Source: Camelus ferus (taxonomy: Eukaryota). From it: 64,000 nt of DNA. The translations under genes were made by a program, and so were the position numbers. Every line of letters starts with the position of its first letter. Positions within the stretch are counted from its first letter, which is position 1. The notes below the pieces were generated by a model. It ran no database searches. It was not told the DNA's origin and saw only the letters and a program-made list of their open reading frames with translations. The stretch is taken from assembly GCF_009834535.1 (NCBI RefSeq), contig NC_045707.1:61258001-61322000 (forward strand), given 5' to 3'. Shown here one piece after another: positions 1 through 12,080 of this stretch.

Positions 1-23
1 ATTAATAGTTCCTTTGTCTACAG

Positions 24-74
24 GAATGGAAGACAAATGCATCTGAATTTGTGCAGAATGGAAACATCACAGTT
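24..74 (+). pseudogene. Candidate fossil exon (EWKTNASEFVQNGNITV)
   Basis: Acceptor cctttgtctacag, 51 nt open frame, weak donor gtaaaa; ends like an EF-loop. Confidence 0.35.
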
Positions 75-382
75 GTAAAATAAACTGATCCTATAGATAC
101 TATATGAGCCATTTACATACTGATAAGTCATGTCTGACATAAACTGCAAGAATACGATATGGTACACATTAATCTCGTTTCTTCATGAAAGCTAGAGCAA
201 AAATGGTTATGTTCTAAAATAAAGGAGAATATTATTAAACAAAATTCAAGCCTTTCCTCCCCTTTGCCTGAAAAAAAGGCAGCACTCTCCTTAACCCTCT
301 TGATTTTCAATGCTGTGATTTTAAAATGTCTCTGCTAGTTTCTCAGGACAGTCATTACATTTTTGTTTTTGTCATCTTTTAG

Positions 383-471
383 AGCCATTGGTTGCTGGGC
401 AGATTCAGGCCAGAATTCATCAGCCGCATCTTTTACTTGCTGGCTAGTACTAACTCTAAGGAAGGAGACTG
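383..471 (+). pseudogene. Candidate fossil exon (SHWLLGRFRPEFISRIFYLLASTNSKEGD)
   Basis: Acceptor gtcatcttttag, open frame, resembles an inter-EF linker; weak donor. Confidence 0.35.
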
Positions 472-526
472 GTACTTTACTGACATTTCCCCCAGTTCCC
501 TACAGCATGTTGATCAGTTTACTTGT

Positions 527-633
527 CAGTGCTTAATAACGTGCACTCTGGAGTCAGATTGCATGGGTTGGAATCCAGGCTCTGCCTCTTTGTTAGCTAG
601 GCAGTCTTGGGCTAGTTATTCAAACTATCTGAG

Positions 634-669
<36 letters not shown>

Positions 670-787
670 AAAAACTGTGGGAAAAAATAGCATCTCCTAT
701 GCAGGATTTTTGGGAAGGTCAAAGGAGATAACACAAGTGAAGTGATTATTCCCCGGTGCAAATTAAGGAATTGCTGTTATTATGATT
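527..787 (+). mobile_element. MIR SINE with internal poly-T
   Basis: MIR core ctctggagtcagattgcatgggttggaatccaggctctgcc. Confidence 0.8.
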
Positions 788-791
788 GCAT

Positions 792-1012
792 ATGAAATTA
801 AGTATTCTGAACCCTGAGAGAGACGGAGAAGGTCAGATTACCTATATTTTCCAAAAGCTGCATCTGGGCCTCAATGGCCAGCCCACACAGGTGTTCAGAG
901 CTATTCTGTAGACTTGTCAGTCATGGAGTTGTTATTCTCTCTGCTCTCTTGACTTTCAAAGGACTAAGAAGAAGGCCCTTTGTTAGTCACTGAAGGATAT
1001 CCATTGGCCAGA
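792..1012 (+). pseudogene. Fossil exon (RDGEGQITYIFQKLHLGLNGQPTQVFRAIL*)
   Basis: EF-loop-like DGEGQITY and FQKL(H/D)LGLNGQ...FRAIL; donor gtatgt at 1013 opens a 71-nt intron; 5' end uncertain (abuts a MIR). Confidence 0.5.
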
Positions 1013-1083
1013 GTATGTCTGACCATGGCCTCTTAAGGAACAAAAAAAATCATTCTTTATTCATGTTCGAACTTCCTCTCCAG

Positions 1084-1123
1084 GAAGTAAAACAATGCAG
1101 TAGACAACAGCCTTCTGTCTCAG
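1084..1123 (+). pseudogene. 40-nt exon with strong splice sites
   Basis: cttcctctccag|GAAG...TCAG|gtgagt. Confidence 0.55.
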
Positions 1124-1203
1124 GTGAGTTCAGGCTAGATAAACAGATAAACAGAGCGCTGCCTGGTTCTTCCTTTCTCCCATTCTTACAAATGTATAAT
1201 TAG

Positions 1204-1233
1204 AGTGTTGCTCTGAAGTTCCTATTTCCCAAG
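1204..1233 (+). pseudogene. 30-nt exon with consensus donor
   Basis: 80-nt intron upstream; CAAG|gtaagt; open in two frames. Confidence 0.5.
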
Positions 1234-1511
1234 GTAAGTGCCCTGTGTATGCATTTACAGTTCACTCAGGCTCCTTCTCAGTAAACCACCCACCACCCCC
1301 CAAGGTGTCTACTCCTCTGATTTATTATTTTTGTATTAGTTTTCTAGAACTTCAAATTCATTAAATTATAAAGTATGTTGTATTCTTTTGTGTCTATCCT
1401 TCTTCAGACTGCTGGGGAAGCTGGATGGCATGTCTTCTGCAGAGAGACCAAATTTATAAGTTACTAGCATATCTTTTTTCCCTTCTGCCCTCAAATGTCA
1501 CTGCTGGATAG

Positions 1512-2044
1512 AACTAACACCCACCACTATTGAAAGGCTGAAATATGTCAGCGGGTCCTCAAAATATATTCTCCAACAGACAAAATACATTTTAGTCAGT
1601 TGCCATTGAAATATGTCAATAGTATCTTATTCAAGTGTTTTGAGGTGAATAGACTTCTGTGAAATAATCTGGGAATCTAGTTGACATGGGCATCCATCTA
1701 CATATTTTAAAGAGTGACTGGAGAGTGTCAACTTCTCCAGTAAACCTGGGAAGTGGTGAGGAATGCTCTGGTGCACCTTGGTACCCCCTATACATCTGTT
1801 GAGTTGTTTGCTTATTATTTAAGTTTGACTTGGTTCCCAAACCTGTATATGCCAGGTATCTTATTCTTTTACTTACATACTTTAAAAATTATATGAATTG
1901 GTGACATGTGAGTATAAAAAGAGAAGCTTTTTGATTTTATGGCAACTAAATTTTTTGTGTCATGGAAAGGGCACAATACCTTTAGGTGGCTAAAAAAATC
2001 TGTCCAATTATGTATGGATGAGACAATTGTTAGAGAGAAAAACT
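1512..2044 (+). pseudogene. Fossil EF-hand exon
   Basis: TWEVVRNALVHLGTPYTSVEL /frameshift/ LLFKFDLVPKPVYARYL; SIKREAF*FY; HGKGTIPLGG*KNLSNYV; donor gtatgt at 2045; 5' end uncertain. Confidence 0.55.
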
Positions 2045-2114
2045 GTATGTAGGAAAAATCAGAGCAGTCTAGAATTCTGCATAATAATGACTTTATAGGT
2101 GTCTTTCTCTTAAG

Positions 2115-2213
2115 GCAAAACAACTAGAATTGTGTGTTTATGCAACAAAGACAAAGCAAAACCAGAGGACCCATGATCAAAGAAAAAGCCATGGTATTGT
2201 ATCAGAAAAATTG
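2115..2213 (+). pseudogene. 99-nt open exon (AKQLELCVYATKTKQNQRTHDQRKSHGIVSEKL)
   Basis: 70-nt intron upstream; acceptor tctttctcttaag; donor gtgaat; in phase with the previous exon. Confidence 0.4.
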
Positions 2214-2716
2214 GTGAATTTATGTACATCTCCATATGTGTTATTTTTAAGCTTTTTGTTTCAGAAAAGTTAAACATATACAAAGTAAGCACAATAACAT
2301 AATGAACATCCGTATACCCCTTATACAGTTTCAATAATTACCAACTTTCTGCCTTTCCTGTATTGTTATCCATGCTTCTACCTACTTCTCCCAACTCAAT
2401 GAAACTTACTATCTTTCCTTGGCTCCTTTTTTTTTTTTTTTTTGAGGGAAACTTTATATGCTTTGAAATGCACAGATCTTACAATTTTGACAAATAGAAA
2501 GACTTATGTAATATGCATCCTTATCAGAATATAGAACATCTCCATCTCCCCCAAAATTCCCTCATGCCCCATCCCAGGGAATCCCCAGATGTGACCACTT
2601 TTCAGATTTTTTTTCATTTTAGTTTAGTTTTCTGGAACTTGATATAAATGAAATCATATAGTGTGCACTCTTTTGTGTCTGATCTTCTTTTGCTCAGTGT
2701 GTCTGTGGGACTCAGC

Positions 2717-2908
2717 CGGTGGTGTGCTGGAGCTAGCTCAAACCCAGTTGTGAGAGTCAGTGGTACACATCTCTTCCCAGCTCTGCAATCACTGACACTG
2801 ACTTGAAGTGGGACTATTGAAGTGGGAATATTGACATCATGGAAATTGACAAACACTACAAATCAGGGCTTTCCCTACCCTGAAGAGTCAGTTGTCAGCA
2901 CATCACTG
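2717..2908 (+). mobile_element. MER63A-like hAT DNA transposon nested in L1
   Basis: Inverted termini cggtggtgtgctg / cagcacatcactg; internal ctacaaatcagggct. Confidence 0.75.
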
Positions 2909-3861
2909 GTTGCATTCAAGTGGTCAGGGCGACTCAGTGAAATAATCCTTTATATTGTGAAATAGTAATTCTTTACATAGATACACCACAAATCATTTTT
3001 CAGTCTATTGTGTAAGTATAGTACAAATTGTGTTGATGCGTATTTGTAGTGTTTCCAGTTTGGGGCTATTGTGAATAAAGTGGCTATGAATGTTCTTATA
3101 TAAGTCTTTCTGTGGACATATGTTTTTATTTATTTTGGATACATACCTAGGAGTGGAACTGCATATAATTTTAACTGAAAATTAAATGTTCTAAATATAG
3201 AGGCATCTTTATTTAAATGATTTTTATGTCAATAAACTCTAAATTCACTGATCCACTGACCAAGTCCAGATAATATCAGGTAAGGCTATGAAATCTCAAA
3301 AAGTCTTATTTAGATGTTTATTTCAAACATTTAAAAAGTAATAAAGCCCACATACAGAAACAGAATAAAATGCAAAACAGACAAAAATGTGCCACCCAAT
3401 AAATTATTACATAGTGATTGTCTATATAACTACCACCTGGGTCAGGAAATAGGCCATTGCCAGCATCTCAAAAGTTCTCTAATCCTGCCATCCATTTATT
3501 ACTTCCTTTATCCCGCCTTTATAGTGTCACTTCCTTGCTCTTCTTCAGAGTTTTATCAGCCGCATATGTATTTCTAAATGCTATAATATAATAATGACTG
3601 CTTTCAAATGGAATCACACATTCTTATGCGTCTGGTATCTTTTGCTTGTGAGTTTTTTTTCATGTTGTTGCATGTAACAAGTTATCAGTTTTAATTGTTT
3701 TATACCACTCTGTTGTATGAATATTCTTAATTTATTTTCTGTAATGTCATAAACATTAGAGAGTTCTCAGTTTGGGGAAATGAACTCTCTTATGTATGAA
3801 TCCTGATGCACATGTATTACTTTTCTGCCTCCATGAGTGGATTTGCTGGGTCATAGAGTAT

Positions 3862-4204
3862 TGTCTTAGTCATCTGAGACACTAAAACAGACAGACTGGG
3901 TGGCTTGCATGACAAACCATTTCTCACAGTTCTGAGGGCTGGGAAGTCTAAGATCAAGGTGCTGGCACATCCAGTGTCCGATGAGAGCTCCCTTCGTGGT
4001 GTGTCCATGGCCATCTTCTTGCTGGGTCCTCATAGGGCAGAGAGCAGAGAGAGGAAGCCAGCCCTCTTGTGACTCCTCTTATAAAAGCCATTAATCGCAT
4101 CATGAGGACTTCACCCTCTAGACCTTATTAGCTCCCAAAGGGCCAACCTCCTCCATCCTATTTGGGTTACGACTTCAGGTGGGTGGAATATACAGTCCAT
4201 AGCA
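3862..4204 (-). mobile_element. MLT1A/MST-type MaLR solo LTR
   Basis: tgtcttag...cagtccatagca termini; 5-bp TSD agtat/ggtat. Confidence 0.8.
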
Positions 4205-5633
4205 GGTATGTACATCTTCAATTTGGGTACATGATATTAGAATGTCTTCCAAATGGACTTATTCATGCTCTTGCTCGGAATGCATGAGAATTCTCATTTT
4301 TGCCATGTTCCCTTTTGCTTACTGCCTTATGTTAGCCATTTTATGAATAGATAGCTGTTGGTCAAGAAAAAATTTTCCTCTTTATCTCCTGTAATGCATT
4401 TTGCCTTAAAATCTACTTACTTGGGCATTAATATTGCTAATTTGGGGGGGTGGTTAATATTCACAAATTCTACCTTTTTCATCCTTTAAATTTTTTTCTG
4501 CATCTCTCTGTTTAGACATTTCTGTTGTATATTGCATATAGATTAAAAAATTCAACCTAATAAGACACCTTTTAATTGGAGCCTTTAACATTTATCTTTA
4601 ACACAATTTCTGATCTACTTGAGTTTAAATCTACGAATTTATTATGTGGTTTCTATTTGTCCTGACTGCCCCAGTATTTCTTTTCTCCTTCTTTTGAATT
4701 GATACTTTAAAAATTTTTTCTATTTCCCTCATCTGTTAACTTAAAATTTACATACTCTTTAGTGTTATCCTAGGGTTTGCAACATGTGTCTTTAACTTAT
4801 CGAAGTCTAATACTAGATGTTACTTTTAACCTATTTCCAGAAAGTAAAATAATCTTAGAGCATTTTAATACCATTTACCATTCCAACTAAATGCTACTTG
4901 TATTGTTAGTTTTAATTATTATTTTATATAATCAATATTCAAATATATTTACTCACAGATTTACCATTTTGTTTGCTATTTCTTCTAGTTCTTTTTTTTT
5001 TTTTTTTTTTTTTTTACCTTTCATCTGATTTCATTATTTTTCCCAGCTAAAGAATGCCCTTGGATATTTCTTTTAATATGAATCTATTGATAATGAATTC
5101 TCTCAGTTCTTAGCCAAAAATGTTTCTATTTCACCCTCATTAGAATTGTAAGTTAGTGCTATTTTCTTTCAGCACTTTAAATATTTCATTATCTCTGGCT
5201 TCCATTTTTTACCCTTTTTTGAGAAGTCAACTCAGTGTAAATTGTTGCTCCTTTTGGAGTAATCTCTGTGTGATTTTTTTTCTCTGCTCTTTTGAAGATG
5301 ATCTGTTTGTTCTTGATCATAATCAGTTTTATTACGATGTGCTTAACTATGTATTTCTTTTTATTTGACCTTCTTGGGTTTGTAGGGTTTCCTGAATCTG
5401 TGGCTTAGAATAGTCAGTTTTGGAATATTCTCAACGATTGTTCAAATATTACTTCCGCCCCAGATCGTCTCCCTTCTTCATCTGCAGGTTGTACCTGGTT
5501 TAGCCCTTATTCGATTCTCCATGCCTCTCACCCCTCTTCACCTTGCTTCTGTGCTTTTTATCTTTTTTTTTCCTCTTTGTGATTCTTTCTAAATTGCTTC
5601 TTCTGATTTACACATCATTTCACTGATTCCCTC

Positions 5634-5734
5634 TTTCTTTAAATTTTGTTTTAATTTTTTAATTATTTTATTTTATTTTTTAAATTGAAGTACAGTCAGT
5701 TACAATGCATCAATTTCTGGTGCACAGCACAATG
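5634..5734 (-). mobile_element. Short younger L1 3' end insertion
   Basis: ttgaagtacagtcagttacaatg...; TSD tgattccctc/tgattctctc. Confidence 0.6.
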
Positions 5735-6150
5735 TGATTCTCTCACTGCTTCTGAGCCAGTGTTAAACCCGTCACTGTTTTCTTAATTTTGTTAATTGTA
5801 TTTTTGATTTCTAGGAGTTCTGTGAGTTTTTAAAGAATGCACTGTGTCCTTTTTCATAGTTTCCAGCTATACTGAAATTCTCAATTGTATCTTTATAGCC
5901 TTAATTATTGTCAGCATAGTTATTTTGAAATCTGTGTTTGATGACACCAGCATCTGCAGCCCCTGTAGGCCTTTTAAATTGCTTGTTGTTTCTGCTGATT
6001 CTCATTGCTTTTAACTTGTACTTTCACATGTGTGAGTGCTTTTGATTTGAGCACAGATGTTGTACTTAAAAATTGTAGAAATTGAGACCTGGTGTGAATA
6101 AAATTTTTAATAAAATATTTTAGTAAATTATAAACTACCAAATGAAAGAA

Positions 6151-6312
6151 GGTGGGCTCTTTGGGAGGTAATTAGGTTTAGATGAGGTCATGAGGGTGGG
6201 ACTGGCACAGTCTTGGACTTTACAGCCTCCAGAACGGTGAAAAATAAATGCCTGTTTTTTAAGCCACCCAGTCCATGGTATTTTGTTACAGCAGACTGAG
6301 CAGACTAAGATA
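6151..6312 (+). mobile_element. Internally deleted MLT1A LTR
   Basis: gaggtcatgagggtggg...aagccacccagtccatggtattttgttacagcag...ctaagata. Confidence 0.75.
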
Positions 6313-7234
6313 CTGTGTTCTCAGCTTGTCAGGCCGAAGGATGTATGTATGTGCGCGAGCTGGGGTAAGTTCATTTTAGGTCTTGTTTAAGATGCTTCCT
6401 TGATGGGTTAAGGGACCTCAGCAGAAAGAAACTGGGACAAAAACAGTTGTTAAAAGGTTGCAGAAGAAGTCCAACGACTTTGGAGGACCCCGACGTTGTG
6501 AGAATGCTGAAGAGCTCACAAAAGTGCAAGCCAGTCAGTTCCGTACACCTGCCAAGTCAGAGGTCCCTCTCACTAGGACGTCCTAACAATCCCAGCCAAG
6601 TCAAAACTCCCGGCTCCTCTGACTTCTTTCACCTCCTCCTGCCCTAAGTTGAGAGACTCGGACCTGTACCAGCAAGATGGGGAGGAGAGAAACCCTAGTT
6701 AAGAGAGAAAAGGAAGCTGACTACCGTCTCTTTTTCTCATCACAGACTAGCCCACCTGCTGAAAACCTAAACAGTGTCAAGATGAAAGCTTCAACTTTAA
6801 AACCATGTTTGCAGGTTTTCCTGTTATGAGGGAAAGGGTATTTTCATAGCTGAACTGAAGGTATGTTTTATTTTTTGAAGTAACCAGAGAATTGTTTGCA
6901 GTATTGGTAAGTGATTAACAACCAGCTCTCCGATGGGGATCGTGGTGGACTATGATTTGTAGAGTTTGCCCACCATGACTGATCTCAGGATTCGAATGTG
7001 ATATCACTAGATGCAGAATTAAGAAATATGTACAACTGACTCTAGCAAGTCACTATGAGCAGATTCAGCACATCACTGACTGTGTTATCTAAGAATGACC
7101 TGAAAAGTCCTGTCACCTGCCTAAAGTTTTCCTCCAGGGTCAGGGAAGATCTAGCCCCAAGAATAAATTTAAAGACAGTGGAAGAACAAAATAAAATTGC
7201 CTTCTAATTTCTCTCAAGCCACCGTTGATCAACA
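6313..7234 (+). mobile_element. MamGypLTR1-like ancient LTR
   Basis: 3' end tttaaagacagtgg..aaaataaaattgc..tcaaca resembles MamGypLTR1. Confidence 0.55.
6899..7078 (-). mobile_element. MER63A-like element nested in the LTR
   Basis: Reverse-complement similarity to 2717-2908; ends cagcacatcactg. Confidence 0.7.
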
Positions 7235-7680
7235 TAAGAGTTGCACACTTGAAAAAAGAGAATTATTTGATTGGAGTGTCTCAGGATATATTGAGCATGA
7301 AGATTTTATAGTAATAGGCAGTAAGGAGTGTTTTCTCTTCTCTGTTTGTTGGAGAAGGTGGAGTGTGAGTTGAACTGGCCAAGTCTGACTTGAAATGGGG
7401 AGGACATGATGCACTGGAGTTGTTCATGGCATTGGTTTGCTTAGTGCTCACTAATTCTGTGATTTCTCCAGCTTTTGAAACAGGGTTAGAAGAAAACGAG
7501 TGGTATCTATGAAACTAATATGAAGCGTGTTTAAAATAATCTCTGGGGACTTCTGGAATTGGTTAGGAGGAATTTTAAGAAATGCTCTACATTTCATAAC
7601 AGTTGATAAATACTGTGGTGCTGAGGGACAATGATGACCCTGGGAAATTTGGGTTTTCTTGTCTATTCTTTTATATCTAG
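7235..7680 (+). pseudogene. Fossil EF-hand exon with near-canonical loop DWSVSGYIEHED
   Basis: 7269-7304 reads D-x-S-x-S-G-Y-I-E-x-x-D followed by F; then ECFLFS..WRRWSVS*TGQV and GTSGIG*EEF*EML. Confidence 0.65.
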
Positions 7681-8479
7681 TCCTGAATTCTGACTTGGAG
7701 TGTCCTGTTGAAAATTTTATTATTAATTAGCATGTGTGCAGATGTGGAGAAATGCTAGATAGGGTTGGTTAATGCCAACTGTTACTATTATAAGGCCTAG
7801 TTGGCTTGAGGTGGAGAAAGCAACAATTTTTTTAATGTTGTTTTGGCTGAGTGCACAGATTGCCATAAATAGTGTAGTAATAGCAGAGGAACAATTATTT
7901 ACACATTTTTATCCTTGGGGCCTGGAACATTCACTTAATGTCTGATGGTGGTGATGGTGATGATGAAACCAAAGAGCAGAAGGGTAGGCATCTTTTGAGG
8001 TAGGAAAAGCAGATGGCCTGTCCTCTTTTAGAAGTCTGCATGATGCTCAGAGGTGAAGTTTTCCCCTTGCACAGCTAATAAAACTATAATCTGCATTATA
8101 GACTTCCTGCTGCATGAGTTCCTAGGGGGTGGACCATCTTGACCTTTTAATTATTAATGGCTTTTCTCAAATTACAATTATATTCTTAATCCCCGTCCTG
8201 CTAACTGGCAATTTTCTGATAGAGTTTTCATTATTTCTTATTTCATTAATTGCAATGTGTATAATAACAGAATCTTCAGAACAGCACTTCACCACTGCAA
8301 AGGTTATCAAATGCTAATGAGCACTTTTAAATGGCTTGTTAACTCACGACAAGTTTCTGAAGTTCTAAAGTTCTATATTTCCTTTATGATTTCCTTATTT
8401 TTCTACACATTCTTTTTAAAAAAGTATTCTTTGAGATAATTTTAAATATTCTTGGAAAAAATTAACATATTTGATGATC

Positions 8480-8660
8480 TTTTATTTGTCAAGCATGCTG
8501 AACATGATCATCTTACTTATTCTTTCAACAAGACCCATGAGTAAGGTGTTGCGACTCTCTATTCAAGGGAAAAGAGGACAAAATGTGCTAAGTGATGTGC
8601 TCAGTGTGGGGCAAGGATTTGAGTTCAGGTTTTCTGTCTTCAAATCTTGTGTTCTTCATT
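8480..8660 (-). mobile_element. MIR fragment
   Basis: ggatttgagttcaggttttctgtcttcaaa antisense MIR core. Confidence 0.6.
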
Positions 8661-8874
8661 CGAGAGAACTCAAGGGGCTACGTTAAATGATTACTGTAAA
8701 GACAAAATTAATGGGAAAAAAAGTGGTCACTAAATAGCGACGGAAGCACTTTCCCCATCAGATGCATCGTTGGCTTCCTTCATCTTCACTTTTCTTCATC
8801 ATTGCACTCATTTTTTGCCTTTATTCCTTTAATCAGACATAACTGCTCTTTTTTCATCTTTTTTTCTTTTTCAG

Positions 8875-9792
8875 TTTGCCAGCTAATATTCTGGAGTTAT
8901 GTGGGAATCATTCAATTATCCAGATAAATGATGTATGTCCAAATTTACCTATTACCATTCTATCTCCATTGGATTTCATACAATTTGAAGTTAAGCATAA
9001 TGAAAATGCCACGTTAGAATGGCTTTTGTGTAACTAGTATAAACCATATCACTTGCCTGGGGTACAAATATAATCACGCCTTATTTTTCCAGTTAATTGC
9101 TCAGGTCGCCACTTCTACCCTATGTCTTCTTATTGAGACCTCCATTGCACTCCTCCTTAAAATTGCTAAAGGATTCTGAGGTTCCCTGAATTCTTTGGGA
9201 TTGAGCCTGTTTGTGAATGGAAGGTAGAATGAGAACTGAAGTCTAATCCAGCCAGTAAAGGCTACTCCATCTGCCCGTGTCCCAGTGTTATAAACTGTTT
9301 GCACAGATCAGATGGACTTTGGTCCACTGTTGTGGACTGGCGCTATTCACCCGGATCTCGGACCTTCTGCATTTGGGCACCAAGATTACAGCTCTTTTGG
9401 TGCACTTTCTCACGCTCGGACATCACTACCCAAGTGGACCATTCAGAGGAGTGGGTGGGGAGGAGCTTGCAGTCTGTCATGCTTGGTTCTGCCTTCCGCA
9501 TAAGCCTCCAGATGAGGAACCTTTCCTTTTCACCTCTGATGCCTTGTGTGATCTTTCCTGCCATTGAGATTGATAGGAAAGTTCCTACAAATAAATGAGA
9601 TTTAAAAACATAGAGTATTATTGACACTAAGAATGATTTTTCATTAATTTTTTTTAAAGGGCTAGTTATTTCACATTCATTGTTAGAGTTTTATAAAGTA
9701 CTTTTAAAAATTAGGTTTTCAATTCCTTGGTTCACTCTTTGGAGCAAGATTGTGGATTTGCCCACGGTTGCCATCCATCATCCAGAAAACAG
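8875..9792 (+). pseudogene. Large fossil EF-hand exon(s)
   Basis: Strong acceptor ttttttctttttcag; LPVSQCYKLFAQI / DGLWSTVVDWRY; LEFYKVLLKIRFSIPWFTLWSKIVDLPTVAIH; donor AG|gtataa at 9793. Confidence 0.6.
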
Positions 9793-10559
9793 GTATAATT
9801 TAGGGTCATAAACGTTTCCTCTAGCTTAGCTGTGATACTTTGGTCATGTCTTATAACCTATTTTTGTGTAGAACCCTCATTTGTGAAATGAAGGGATTGC
9901 ATTAAAATAGCACAATCTACCTTAGGTATCCTCTTTTTGCTTCATAAACTCCTTCCACAGTAATATATAATCTCACTAACTCCCTTAGCTTTTTAAAAAT
10001 AATTTTATCATCTTATGTGTTGTATAATAAATAATTATAAATTTTTAAAAATCAATATATTATGACAGATTGTAATCTTGGCAGCAGAACCCAAAGTCCT
10101 GGTTTCTTCAGGATAGCCCTGGACTTTATATATTATCCTGGTGATTATTAGGAATGCCTATCATTCTCAAAATTTTCCAATTTGGATGACAAAATTATAC
10201 AATAAAGTTAATTATTTGGTTGTTTAAATACAATCTTAATAATAATTATATAAAAATAGACTTTAACTTTTTCTACTTTAACAAGGAATATCAGCTATTC
10301 AATTTTTAAAAATTAATTATATAACTAAATGCACTATGAAGGGACCAGAAATGTAAAATGAAATCTATCGTGTTTAGTTGGGGATTAATTGTACCTTAAA
10401 ATGAAGATATAAACTTAATTACAACATCCAGCAAAATTGCTTATAAGATTGAACTCCTTGTATTTTGCTCTTAAAAACGTGAAGTGTTTTATTTATGTAA
10501 TCTGTTTTTGTTCCTAAAAGATGAATTATGAGAAAGGATTTATATTGTTATTTGCCAGC

Positions 10560-11270
10560 CTTTGTTCTCAAATAAGACATTTTGTTATGGACAATCTTTA
10601 ATCCCATTAAAAAAAAGCAAACTCCATATTACTGGTAAAACGTTTTCTTTTTTAACACTGGTTTTTGTGGAACTAGAGACACCTTGATGTGCTGTATAAA
10701 TATTTTGGTCAGTTAACAACCTATGGATTTGTTAAAGAAAATCTTAAGGACATGTATAGAATTTTCTTTTGTATGTTCCTTGCTGACTTGTATTTCAACA
10801 TCAGTCTTCATTAACTATCTGTCCTTAACCAATGATACACCACAGATACAAATTAAACAATGAATAAGAACAAGAATTATTGAAAACTGCACAATGGTCG
10901 AAACTACCTGTGAGTGGTTTTCTGATGATGATGCCCTGAGTGAGATCTGACTCATGCTCACTGAACGTTCTCAACAAGGCGTCTAGCTTGTTCTCACTGC
11001 TCGCTGGTGGAGCAAGAGATAGCTAGCTGCAGGCCCTCATGGCTGGGGCAACCACAACCACGGGCTCAGATGCTGGTTGCTCTGAAATGTATCTACAGCT
11101 GGTCCTGCTGCCGCACTAGCTCTGTGAGAGCATCCGTCTGTGGGCATGGCTTTCTTCAACCATGATTGTTGCTACGATGGCTACCTTGGCCTTGGGAAGA
11201 GGTAGACTCCTCCATTCGACCAGTGCACTCCAACTGTGGGCACTATTCTTTGCCTGAATTTCCCTTGGTA
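10560..11270 (+). pseudogene. Fossil EF-hand exon
   Basis: RHLDVLYKYFGQLTTYGFVKENLKDMYRIFFCMFLADLYFN; IRTRIIEN; GPHGWGNHNH; GMAFFNHDCCYDGYLGLGK (loop at 11164-11199); boundaries approximate. Confidence 0.6.
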
Positions 11271-11522
11271 TAACGTAGGCCAGGAAGTACACCTCATCAT
11301 TTTAAGATTTTTAGAATTTTGAGCATTTTAAAGATTAAGCTGAAGGATAAAGGAAGTACAGCTTGTCTAGAACATTTTAAATTACTGCCTCTGTTCCTGA
11401 TCCTCCTTGAAGTTTCTTATTTGAGCAGGTTCTTGCTTCATTCCTGGTAGTCAGGATAGCCCACTCCCTACCCAATCACTAGAATTGAGGCTATATTCTG
11501 TACGTTCATTTCCCAATGTCAG

Positions 11523-12080
11523 TGATGTCATAAATAACACCATTCGGGGATGCTAAAAGTGCAGCCCAGAAGGGACTTGTTCAAACTCAGATCAGTTTCG
11601 TTTCAGATTCTCTTCATCAAAGAATCAAACTGTATTGGGATCTAGTTTTACCCACGAAACCTTAACTCATACCCAGAGCCTGAGTTAATCACCCTCCAAA
11701 CGCTGCAGTTTTTTTCCATTGTTATATTGTCCAAAATCTCACTAGTTGTCAAAAATTTTTAAAAAAAAAAGGCTATTTTCATGTCCTTTTGTGGTAGAAT
11801 GTGAATTTGGTTAAAATCAGGCAAAATATTTACATTCATAATCTCCAACGTAGGATGACTTTTCCTGTGGCATGTGTGGCCTGATGGAGTTTTAGGAAAC
11901 AGCGCTGCAGCAGAGAGCACAGGCTCTCAGAGCTCATCCACTTCATTTTCCTCCTGACACTTCACTTCCTTCTACAATGTCCCTGCCGACACGAGCACCG
12001 AGGCCGGCTGTGCTGCTGGGGTCTGTCGCTCTGTGGACAGAGAGGCAGACTCACCAGGGGGCGCCGAGGGAATGTGTGAG
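11523..12080 (+). pseudogene. Fossil EF-hand exon(s)
   Basis: VSDSLHQRIKLYWDLV; SREHRLSELIHFIFLLT...HRGRLC; locally raised CpG. Confidence 0.45.

Larger units (their letters stand above)
2240..6080 (-). mobile_element. Old L1M fragments hosting nested insertions
   Basis: Antisense L1 motifs such as ttccagtttggggctattgtgaataaag and atacctaggagtggaactg. Confidence 0.75.

Noticed and set aside
24..8932. Protein-kinase remnant (EFVQNGNI; LPANIL...IQIND)
   Set aside because: There are no HRD, DFG or APE motifs, and the EF-hand interpretation explains far more islands.
9926..10845. U12-type intron (gtatcctc at 9926; branch tccttaac at 10822-10829; cag at 10845)
   Set aside because: The donor is imperfect and follows a MIR fragment, and coding-like sequence reads straight through the supposed branch site (FINYLSLTND..IRTRIIEN).
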